From contig NC_057720.1 of NCBI RefSeq assembly GCF_004010195.1, forward strand, positions 21,117,943 through 21,138,082: 20,140 nt of DNA. The letters are read 5' to 3'. This DNA is from Chiloscyllium plagiosum. Its lineage: Eukaryota. Positions within the stretch are counted from its first letter, which is position 1, and every line of letters begins with the position of its first letter. This document shows, piece by piece, positions 10,357-20,140 of this stretch. The notes under the pieces are model-generated. The model was not told where the DNA came from. It worked only from the letters and a program-made list of their open reading frames with translations, and made no database searches. A program made the translations under genes and the position numbers.

Positions 10357-13001
10357 AATCTCACCTGTGAATATAGAGGCCTGTTGACATCTGTGTCATA
10401 TTCGCTTTATCTGTGAGTTGACGGATATAAATTGGTACAGACATTTTAAATCAGTACCAGAACTGCCATGATCAATCCTGGTTTGCATTTGGTTACATCT
10501 CATCAATGATTGTAGTAGTTTTGAGTTTATTGAAATTTCTACTGTCAGATGTGAGTAATACTAAGAGCACACTTGCTGGATCGCAGTCAGCAAGGATCCT
10601 CACTGACGTAAATGTACGGACAGCCATATTATTTCTGTTCAATTGTACTATTCACAATAACATAATTATGGACTCATAACATTAGAAAAGGTCAGGTTTT
10701 TTGCTGATTTTAGCCAAATTGAGCAATACCGAATCACAATATCTAAACAATAGTCTGTGTCCTTATAATTGCAATACGAATATAGTTTATGGGGCCTACA
10801 AAACGTGCCATAATATTTTTCAGATAAGCCTAGATTATAGACTTCAATAAAGTGAAATCTTTAAGTGCATAAAATATTGTCTGTGACATGAAGTGTAAGG
10901 ATAAAAATAGCCAATTTTTAAATCACTGTACTACTGCTCATTTGATCATTTATTCATCAATGCAATCTAAACAAAAACAGAAAGCACTCAACAAAAGGAT
11001 GTGTTTACCACAAAAGTGATTAGGCTCCAATATGTATTGCAGTCTCTAAATGAAATTTGGCTGGAGATTGATTGCATTTAGTGTACTGAGCATTAAATAC
11101 TAGATAATTAGGGAACATTTTATGCTCAGAGCAGGAATTTTGTGCTTTAAGTGTTGGGCTTAGATCAGAAATTCTGTACTGAGTAGGAAACAGTTGGATT
11201 AATTGAGAAGTGGTTTAGTGAGCAAAAATGGTACACTGCAACTAAGTGAGAAATGGTTCAGTACACTGGGTTGCTTTACAATAGGAGTGATTTGCGAAGT
11301 GTTTTGCTTCCACTGTTATTTTATAGCTGTGTCAGGGTCTTTATTGTTCTGGAGCTAACTGTACTCTGTGCTTCTGGTTTATAGCTTTATATTTCTTTAC
11401 TGACAATGCATTAAAGTGTAGAGGGCTATTACTTGAGAATGCAACTTAGCGAAAATATTTTAATTCATCATAAGTTTTTACTAAATAATAGCACAAAGGC
11501 AATGATCTTAATTTGTTTTGAGTATTCTCAGCATCCATAAAACATATTAACCACCTTGTCATTGGCATTGATTCTGTGTGGGATTCTGTGTTGTAGAGTG
11601 GGTGGACAAAAGTAAGTTATTGCTGAAGTGAGCATACTTCCATTTTTGAGTGGCCCACTTCAGAGAAATTATCATTGCTCGTCATGTGCAGATCTGATGG
11701 GGAATTTCAACTAAACATTAATTTTTCCTCATATTGGTGCCTACGTATAAATCTAATGGGTAACGACCATTGTATTGTGATATCAGAGATGAGACAATAT
11801 CAAGAATTCTTCCTGTTAAGAATGCTATTCATTTAGCCTTTTCAGCTAAATCTTTTCCTTTTTGGAATTAACAACTTTTGGAAGTTGTTTTACAGTTGTT
11901 TGCCCATGTTAATTGATTTTGCAAATGCCAAAAGCACAGTTGCACTTTTTCTTTTATTTTAAAACCACGCTTATACTCTTGGGAAACTCGGTTTTTATTG
12001 ACTAAATCTGTCATTGGCACCATGACAAAATCAAGCTTCAAAGTACATTTTGAAGAACTTAAATAGCTGTCTAAGCAATAGTATCTTGCCTATCTTAATA
12101 AAGACATAGTGTCACTGCACTCTTGTCAAAAGCTGACTTGATACCCAGCAAAGCAATGTGCACTTTCAGCCCTTATATGCCACACAGATCCTTGACTGTG
12201 AGGAGTAGGTGATGAAGTCAGTTATTGAGTGACATCTCTTTTTGGACATTATTGTTGCTACCTTTCAGTGCTTTGTGATTGTGAAGGAGTGATCTGTGAA
12301 GGCAGCTATCATGGCTGACCTCAGCCTTATTGTTTCATCCTGGGACAGCTCTTGCAAGATTTCAGTCTTCAGGGAACAAATCCCTGGTGGCAGACTGATG
12401 GACAAACACCAAAGGAGAGTTGAAAGATCACTTTGCATACAGTTCCAGCTGGTTTACTGTCATGGCTAATAATTCAGCTTGTTTCGTTCCAGACACTGAA
12501 AGGTCTTGATCAATCAAGTTTATTAAAAGAATGTAGATAGTTCTCTGGGATATTTCTTTATGGTGTTCATCTAGAAAAGAAAGTACATTGTCAAATATAA
12601 TTTCCTTCTAATGAAAAATGCAAGTTTTTTTTTGTCTTTTTGATATTCATTACCACTTCTGTCAAGACATTTTACTGGACAAGACATGGCACATGTATAA
12701 TACATCCTGATATCTCATAAGCTGCATTGTTTATCATATGAATAAATTGGTGTTTCAGAATTCATGATGAACCAGTTGTGTTGGAGATGTTGGGTATGGG
12801 GTGATTAAAACTAGCCTGATCCTGCTCTTACAGCAGTGCTATGAGTCTGTCACACACTATAATGCAAATCAAAACTCCCTTGCCTAATATACTAACTATC
12901 TTGGGATAGTTCATGAAGTAAAGATTTTTAAAAATTTGGTTTTAAGAGTTATTAAAGAACGGGACATTGATAAAGAAGGTAAAAGCACATGGGATCCAGA
13001 G

Positions 13002-13209
13002 TAAAAAAATTAAAGAACTGCAGATGCTGTAAATCAGAAACAAAAACAGAAATTGCTGGAAATGCTCAGCAGATCTGTTAGCATCTGTGGAGCAAAATCA
13101 GAGTTAGCACTCTCAGGAAGGGTCACTGGACCCCAAATATTATCTCTGATTTCTCTCCACAAATACTGCCAGACCTGCTGAGCTTTTCCAGCAATTTCTA
13201 CTTCTATTG
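13002..13209. mobile_element. Palindromic Penelope pLTR-derived mini-element
   Basis: Arms 13048-13103 and 13144-13199 are imperfect inverted repeats. They are homologous to the pLTR at 4950-5040 and 19821-19905 (GCTGCC.GACCTGCTG.GCTTTTCCAGCA; CAGCATCTGCAG). Confidence 0.8.
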
Positions 13210-13994
13210 TTAAAGAATTGTTGGTTGTCCTTAAAACTGTTTTGCTATTGAAATGAAATGGAATGATCCGAATGACTTCATGTCTTCTCATCAGAATGGA
13301 ACTTTGGAACTGTAGGACATGATGGAGAAGAAAGCTGGTCCATTTGCTAGCTGAGGCCTATCTCTTTTTGAAGTGTGGTGCAAATGTAGCTCATACAGAG
13401 GTCACAAAGGGTCAATGTTCACCTGTGACTAGGTTGAGCAAGAAAAAGAAAAGCCACAGAAAGCAAATTATGGTCAGTTTTCTCCTATTTTCAATAATTT
13501 TGCAATGATGCCTTATAATGCATTTACTCATCAAACTCAGTAGAATTTTACAAAGTAGGAAGTGTTCACCTATTTTGCAAATGCTCACCTGTAACTTTGT
13601 TTTAGCACTGGACTCTCTACTATTTCCATGTGAAATCTGTGAAATACAGATTCAGGTAACACATGCTGCCTGAATAAGACTATTGGGTTATTCAACTACA
13701 GAAATATTTGCCAAGACCTCCAGATGATGCTTTAACCTTTCACCTTAACACTTCATAAAACAACTTTGGTCATGCCGAGGAGGGAACAATGCACAAATTT
13801 CACTCACAAATTGCCTGGCAACAAACAGCATTTGCACCCATCAACATGCCCTCAGAATCATTGGTAGCTACTACTGATTGAATAAAATTAAACTTTTCTT
13901 GCCAATTATCAAAGAATCTGTACAACAAATTCATGAATTGTTCATTAACCTTAGACTCTAAGTTAACTAAAATTACCTAAGTTAAGTACAGAGT

Positions 13995-14790
13995 GTTTTG
14001 GACAAGTTGAGTGAGAGGGCCAATGAGGAGCAGATGAAGTATAATGAGAACAAACATGAGGTTATCCAGTCTTGTTGCAAAAACAGGAAGGCAGATTATC
14101 ATCTGAATGGCGATAGATCGGGATAGAGATAGATTGAGATGCAATGAGACCTGGGCGTCCTTAGCAGGTGGTGAAGAAGGAAAATGATATGTTGGCCTTC
14201 ATAGTAAGAGGATTTGAGTATCAGAGCAGGAATATCTTGCTGCGGTTATACAGGGTCTTGGTGAGAGTATTGTGTGCAGGTTTGGTTTCCTTACCCGAGG
14301 AAGGATGTCCTGGCTATGGAGGGAGTGCTTTAAAAGTTTATCAAATTGATTCCTTAGATTGCAGTAGTGATGTATGAAGAGAAAGTAGCTCAGTTAGAAC
14401 TAAATTCACCAAAGGATCTCATAGAAACCTATAAAATCCCAACCTTGTCTAGACAGGATAAATGCAGGAAGGATATTCCTGATACCCAGGGAATCAGGAC
14501 CATGCCTCACAGTTTAAGAATACTGGCAGGCCAATTAGGACTGAAATGAGGAGAATTTTTGTTCACCCAGAAACTGGTGAGTCTGAGGAATTCTTTGCCA
14601 GAAAAATGTTGAGGCTAAAACTTTGAATGCTTTCAAGAAGGAAATAGATATAGTTATTAAGGCTAAAGACATCAAAGGGTGTGGGGGGAGCATGGGAACA
14701 GGATGATCAGTTGCTACTAAATCGAATGGTGGAACAGGTTTGATGGGCTGAATGGCCTACTTCTGCTCCTATTTTTTGTGTTTCTATGTA
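13995..14790 (+). mobile_element. CR1 LINE 3' portion, degraded
   Basis: MLAFIVRGFEYQSRNILLRLYRVLVR, DLIETYKI, and 3' end GATGGGCTGAATGGCCTACTTCTGCTCCTATTTTTTGTGTTTCTATGT. Confidence 0.9.
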
Positions 14791-15595
14791 ACATGCACTT
14801 AACGTGAATACTGAGCATGCAAGTAATTAGTAGAAAGAATTTATTGACAAGAAGGTAAGAAGCTTGCAAAGGCAGAGTAATTTGGCATTCAATCTTTACA
14901 ATTTATAATTATAACCAGAATCTATGATTGGTATAAATTGGTAATAATAATTAAGGATGAGACTGCTTAAATAGCTGAGAAGGTAACAGTGTTTTACCCT
15001 TATTCTATTGTGTCTGTACACTTTTAGTTAGTATTTTTTGCAGAACCCTTATGACCTTGTCCTTATGCACTGGCATAGATAAACTGATTATCTTTCTGTC
15101 TTTCTGAGACATCAGAGCAATGATCTTCTGTGTGTCACAGTGCTAACTGTCTGTCTTTCATCTTGGGTTTGTGGATAAATTGACCTTCCTCACTAGTAGC
15201 TGTATCTGGTCAAATTATCTTAAACCTCACCTCCACTGATCTCAGGAACTTCTTTTTTCTATCTGACAGCACTTACATCTGCTAGCATATCACTGTTATC
15301 ACCATCTTACCTTACATCACCTTTCCTCTTTCTGTCAGAAGTGAATGCCCTTACTAGACAAGAGCTACTGAAAGAAACCAAGAGTTATGGATCGAAGACT
15401 GAAATTGAATTTAATTTCCACAGAAACTTCTCCAAACTATTGGTTTCTCTGAGCGACATACATTGTTGAAGAGTTCAGCCTTCCTCTTAATCACTTCATA
15501 CCGTCAGTTGCTATCCTGATGGTCTTTAAATTATTGAAGCTGTTCATGTTCCAAGTTGGTGTTTATGCCCTGGTTTCATATTGTTCAAGGTCCAG

Positions 15596-15710
15596 ACAAA
15601 ATACAACATGCTTGGACAGAAACTGCTGAAAATAATCAACAGGACAGCGTGAGTGGAGAGGGTAACAGAGCGAATGTTTCAAGGCAGTGACTCTTCGTGA
15701 GAAGTGGAGA
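15596..15710 (-). mobile_element. Old Penelope pLTR with decayed hammerhead motif
   Basis: Minus strand reads CTCACGA-AGAGTCACTGCCTT-GAAACATTC-GCTCTGTTACCCTCTCCAC...CCTGTTGATTATTTTCAGCAGTTTCTG, matching the 13112-13199 arrangement. Confidence 0.65.
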
Positions 15711-16770
15711 TATAGAAATGTAGAAACATAGAAATTAGGTGCAAGAGGAGGCCATTCGGCCCTTCAAGCCTGCTCTACCATTCAATATGATTATGGCTGA
15801 TCATGCAATTTCAGTATCTCATTCCTGCCCTCTCCCCATACCCTTTAATGCCTGTAGCTGCAAGGGCCACGTCCAGCTCCCTCTTGAACATATCTAATGA
15901 ACTGGTCCCAGCAGCTTCCTGTTGGAGAGAATTCCACAGGTTCACAACTCTCTGAACGAAGAAATTCTATCTCATCTCAGGCCTGAATGGCTTGCCCCTT
16001 ATTCGTAGACTATGACCCCTAGTTCCGGACTTCCCCAACATTGGGAACATTCTTTCCACATCTAGCCTGTCCAGTCCCATCACGTTTCTATATGGTTCTA
16101 TGGGACCCCCTTTCATTCTTCTAAATCCCAGTAAACACAAGCCCAGTCGATCCAGTCTTTTTTCATATGTTAGTCCTACCATTCCAGGAATCAGTTTGGT
16201 GAACCTTCACTGGACTCCGTCAGTAGCAAGAATTTCCTTCCTCAGACTAGGAGACCAAAACTGCACATAGTAGTCAACGTGTGGCCTCACCAAGGCCCTG
16301 TATAATTGCAGCAAGACATCCTTACTCTGGTAGTCAAATCCTCTTGCAATGAAGACCAGCATGCCATTAGCGTTCCTCATTGCCTGCTGCAGCTACATGC
16401 TAACCTTCTGTGATGTTCCACCCAGTTGACATTGCACCTGACCTTTTCCTAAACGGCTACCATTCAGATTAAATGCTGCCTTCCTATTTTTGCGACCAAA
16501 GTGGATAACCTCACATTTATCCACATTACATTACATTTGCCAACTATTTGCCAACTCAGCCAGTCTGTTCAATTCACCTTACAGACTCTTAGCATTTTCA
16601 CAGCACACACTGCCATCCTCGTGCCACCTGCAAATTTGGAGATATTGCCATGAATTCCTTTGTCCAAATCATTAATGTATATTGTGAATAGCTGCATCCC
16701 AGCTTTGAAACCTGCTGCACCACTCGTCACTGTCTGTCAATCTGAAAAGGACAAGTTTATTCCAACTCTT
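15711..16770 (-). mobile_element. CR1 LINE 3' portion
   Basis: (ATAGAAAC)n tail at 15712-15735. ORF 15967-16182 reads GLTYEKRLDRLGL...GTRGHSLRIRGKPF; the KFA motif (KFAG, decayed FADD) lies near 16625-16640. Confidence 0.92.
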
Positions 16771-16880
16771 TGAAGTTTTAAGTTTGGTAGGGAAAGGGAG
16801 AAGAAATGAATGTAAAGGAAGATTTCTGCCAGGGTGGAAGACAGGAGAGATCAAATGTCTAAAAGGAATAATGGGGAAAT
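16771..16880 (-). mobile_element. Probable continuation of the Penelope remnant at 15596-15710
   Basis: Purine-rich plus-strand tract (GGGAAAGGGAGAAGAAA...AGGGTGGAAGACAGGAGAGA) like the tract next to the hammerhead at 4105-4184. Confidence 0.5.
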
Positions 16881-16954
16881 GCACTTATTTACAGCTCTAA
16901 GTGTTCCCAGTTTTGTTGAAGGGCCAACAAATGGTGACATTTCTGAACTACGTG

Positions 16955-17030
16955 TGAAATGCAGACCAGTACAAGCATGATAGTCTGAATGGCCTCCACC
17001 GGTACAATAATTTATCATTCTCTAATTGTA
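16955..17030 (+). mobile_element. CR1 3' tail fragment
   Basis: CAAGCATGATAGTCTGAATGGCCTCC motif. Confidence 0.55.
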
Positions 17031-17334
17031 TTGTTACTATTTATGGTTTACTATATGTTAGTCTGCATAACATATATGACTGATAGTTGGGTTTAGTTGA
17101 GTCAGATATCTGGAAATTCACATGTAGCACTAATTATTTAAAAAGGCTACAATGTCACAGATAAAAACATCTGGTATTAGTTATGTGTGTTGTTTGTGTA
17201 TTACACACACAGCTGATTGGCTACACTGACTCCATTCCACAGACAGAGTGACTGAAATTGGGGAGGTGGGTGTACATTTACACCAAAACATCACATGTTA
17301 TGATGACTGTCTTAAAATACAGGTTGGTCTGGTA

Positions 17335-18208
17335 TGAAACCTATGCCATGATACAATACCCATCTGAGTAAATTGTTAAGATGATGAAAGACAGATAGTG
17401 GGCACAATATGTGGTTATCAAATTGGAAGCCCAATTGGCTCCCCATGTAGATTTGTGCTGGAGCCTCAACTAATCAATACATTTATCAATAACTTTTATT
17501 ATACAATAATAAAACATGTATCCAAGTTTGCCAATAATACAAAGATTGGTAGAATAGTAAGTAATGTAGGGGAGTGCATAAGCTTGCAGAGATTTATTGA
17601 TACATTAAGTGAATGGTACATATTGTGACAAAAGGATTTCAATTCAGGAAAATGTGAAGTCCGTTTTGGACAAGAGGATAGATCAGAGTATTTCTGTAAT
17701 GGTGAAAAGCTAGGAACAGTGGAAATCCACTGAGAGTAGATGGTCTACATTGTAGTCAGTTACATATAGTAATCATTTAGGGGAGGAGGCTTTTCAATCA
17801 CAGGGCAAGTTTGACAACACACGGAGTACGTCTACAGTTCTGGGCATTGCATCTTGGAAAGACTGTTTTGGAATTGAAATTAGTGCAGTGGAAAGCTGTC
17901 AGATGTTATCAAAGCTCCAAAGGCTAGATAAGTAGAAGTGATTATAAAAACTAGGATTACATTCCTTTAATATGGAAAGTTAAGGAGGGAGCATGCTAAG
18001 ATTTTAAAATACAAGTGATAAGATGGAGAGAACCCTTTACATCAGACATTTAGCCAGGACAAAAAGTCATAATCTCAAAATCTGAGATCAATGGGTCTTT
18101 GTTGGACAAAAGATTTTATGGCAAGGGAGGTCAATGAAGTTAGATATAGATCAACCATAGTCGCATAAAAATGGCTGAATGGCCTTTTGGTGTTTCTTTG
18201 TTCATATA
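17335..18208 (+). mobile_element. Old CR1 RT to 3' end, heavily degraded
   Basis: VSKFANNTKIGRIVS...LQRFIDTLSEW, KCEV motif, and tail GGCTGAATGGCCTTTT. Confidence 0.85.
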
Positions 18209-18451
18209 TATTCAGTGTAATGTGTTTTATACAGTAATATAAGGGGTTAATGCTCATCTTACATCGGATTCATCCATTCTATTGGTATCATTTACATTCT
18301 GGGTGTGGAGACAGGGTGTTCTACTCTTTCTTTTGGAGGGAGCAGTTGGATCTTACCAGCTCCCTACAGTTCAGTATAATACCCGAGCAAATGTAGTTTT
18401 ACTTTTGTCATGCAATTAATATTCTTGTTATTTTAGAACATTACTTCTTCT

Positions 18452-18522
18452 TTCGGAGAGTCAGCGTGAACTTGTTGGGCTGAAGCGTCTGTTTCCACAC
18501 TGTTGGAATCTAATCTAATCTA
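18452..18522 (+). mobile_element. HE1/HER1 3' tail fragment
   Basis: GTCAGCGTGAACTTGTTGGGCTGAAGCGTCTGTTTCCACACTG followed by (AATCT)3; matches 594-648. Confidence 0.85.
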
Positions 18523-18899
18523 GAAACCCAACAGTGGCATATTCACTACCAGCATTCATTAGGTAGACTCATGGCAAAACAAAAGCAAAGGAGGATTATT
18601 GGCAGCTCAGGTACTCTGAGTACCAGCAGCGGTCATCTTGGAAATACTGCATTGTTGGGAAACCCACTAAGCAGAACAGAGGTACGGTATTGCAAAACAA
18701 AACTCAATTTAATAGGTTTGAAAGCAGCTAATCACAGCCAGTGAATACAATCTAATGCTTTATTTTAAACAAAGACAAAACAAAGCGAAGTTTAAAAAGC
18801 TGGCTGATGAAAGTAATGTTGTACAGGGTCTAGCATGCACTTCAGTCATTCAATTTAAAACAGCTTTGATGAGAACAAGAATACAAGCTTAGAGAACAG

Positions 18900-19640
18900 C
18901 GGATTTAAAACAATATTGAAATAAAGCAGATTTAAAATATCTTTATAGTAATAAAATTAATCAGCGCATTGAGAAGAAATGGAAAACGGTGTAATACTTC
19001 CAAGCAGATTCAAGTTCAGTGAAGGAACATACAGAAGATAGGGTTGAACTTCATGAAGGTAACATTTTAAAATACAACATTGTCATAAAGTTAAACATTA
19101 AATCATGAGTGAGATTAATGGAAAGTTGAGAATCTGGAGCTTTGAAACCAGAATATACAAGACACAGAATTGTTGGAATTCTTGATGAAACTTGTTCAGT
19201 TTTTTTTAAAGTCAAGAGTACTTTTACTTTGGAGAAAGCTTTTCAGGTTGTGTTACAGCACAAACCAGGAAGACTGTAAAGACAGATCGTGAGATGTTAC
19301 CTTGAAAGGGAAATGTTTATTCATATTATAAGGTACGTGACAAACTTACCAGAAAACAAGTTAGATACGTGATGCAAAAGAAACAGTGTCAGCACTACTG
19401 GACAGTTGGGCTTACAGGAACAACCAATATCCAGCCAGCACTAAGGAAGTCCATAAGTCTCTTCCAGATGATGTGCAGAATTAAGACATTGTTTCAGTGC
19501 AGTGTTGTGGTCAAGCACATAAAGAGGTCTATGCAGAACAATACTCACCACCATTATAAAAGATACCTGCTTTGATGAGATATCTGGTAGAGGTAACAAA
19601 TACCTCAAGGTGGCAGCAGTGGTCATTTGGAAAAATATCA
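18900..19640 (+). mobile_element. Possible highly decayed Gypsy/LTR pol (RT) remnant
   Basis: EMENGVI near 18975-18995, NGKLRI at 19117-19134 and LEKAFQ near 19229-19247 occur in the order expected for Gypsy RT. No continuous frame. Confidence 0.35.
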
Positions 19641-19800
19641 CAAAGTGGTCAATCGTTCAGTATTTTGATTATGTGGCTGTTATCTATTCTCTGTGTGATT
19701 AATTAATTCCTGGCAGGGTTACTGAAAAAAGAAGCAATATCATAGGCAAGTAGATAGAAGCATGAGAGCAGTCATATTAAAATATTCAATAAAGCTGTTC

Positions 19801-20140
19801 GGGCTTATGCCCGAAACGTCGATTCTCCTGTTCCTTGGATGCTGCCTGACCTGCTGCGCTTTTCTAGCAACACATTTTCAGCTCTGATCTTCAGCATCTG
19901 CAGTCCTCACTTTCTCCTCGAAGATTTTAACCTACTGCGAATCCTCTTGCAAGGATGCCTTCCTTGAAGAAGCTCTCTTCCTCCCTCTACAAGGATTTCA
20001 GTGAGTCCCTCTCTCACTGCACCCCCCAGATCATCTCCTCTGCACAGAAGCTCTTCAGCCACGTTCTCAAACAGACTCGCTACCACAGCCACATCTCCTT
20101 CCTCAGCACCTGCCTACGGAACCGACTGATCCCGCACGGA
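19801..20140 (+). mobile_element. Young Penelope-like retroelement 5' end (pLTR plus ORF start)
   Basis: pLTR homologous to 4929-5040 with CpGs retained; GC-rich open frame runs to the window edge. Confidence 0.9.
19955..20140 (+). CDS. Penelope-like RT/GIY-YIG polyprotein, N-terminus (partial; not in the ORF track)
   Basis: ATG at 19955 opens 62 uninterrupted codons: MPSLKKLSSSLYKDFSESLSHCTPQIISSAQKLFSHVLKQTRYHSHISFLSTCLRNRLIPHG. It contains the HxxFLxxCxxxxxIPxG motif typical of PLE N-termini. Confidence 0.8.
   Translation, partial: MPSLKKLSSSLYKDFSESLSHCTPQIISSAQKLFSHVLKQTRYHSHISFLSTCLRNRLIPHG

Noticed and set aside
12311..12469. 52-codon ORF MADLSLIVSS... after a splice-acceptor-like site
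   Set aside because: No recognisable protein similarity and no convincing donor site.
15180..15460. Possible additional decayed plus-strand Penelope pLTR
   Set aside because: A pyrimidine-rich tract and TTTCCACAGAAAC are suggestive, but no hammerhead core is recoverable.
17120..17300. Possible solo LTR (TG...CA)
   Set aside because: No TSD, primer-binding site or second copy found.
1137..19641. Remaining 60-95 aa ORFs as host genes
   Set aside because: They are short, lack recognisable domains, and often overlap LINE remnants out of frame or antisense; no coherent exon chain.
19907..20092. 61-aa minus-strand ORF
   Set aside because: It is the antisense shadow of the plus-strand Penelope ORF.

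Overview
Non-coding, repeat-rich vertebrate genomic DNA. The retroelement repertoire (HE1/V-SINE, HER1-like CR1, Rex1/Babar, Penelope-like elements) points to a shark or other cartilaginous fish; this is an inference from recognising the families. No host protein-coding exon can be supported, and most listed ORFs are LINE remnants, gap artefacts or chance ORFs. A run of N spans 4185-4916. The most striking signal is a recurring minimal hammerhead ribozyme motif (CUGANGA-A-stem II-GAAA-CG-UC) in Penelope-like pseudo-LTRs (pLTRs). It occurs in about six copies with different architectures: an inverted pair around the gap inserted into a CR1 RT with a 6-bp TSD; a 95-bp ribozyme-only insert with a perfect 20-bp duplication inside a Rex1 LINE; a palindromic mini-element; a copy interrupted by a CR1; and a copy directly upstream of an open Penelope ORF that runs off the window. 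A repeat-poor block near 7.95-8.5 kb looks like a conserved developmental enhancer.
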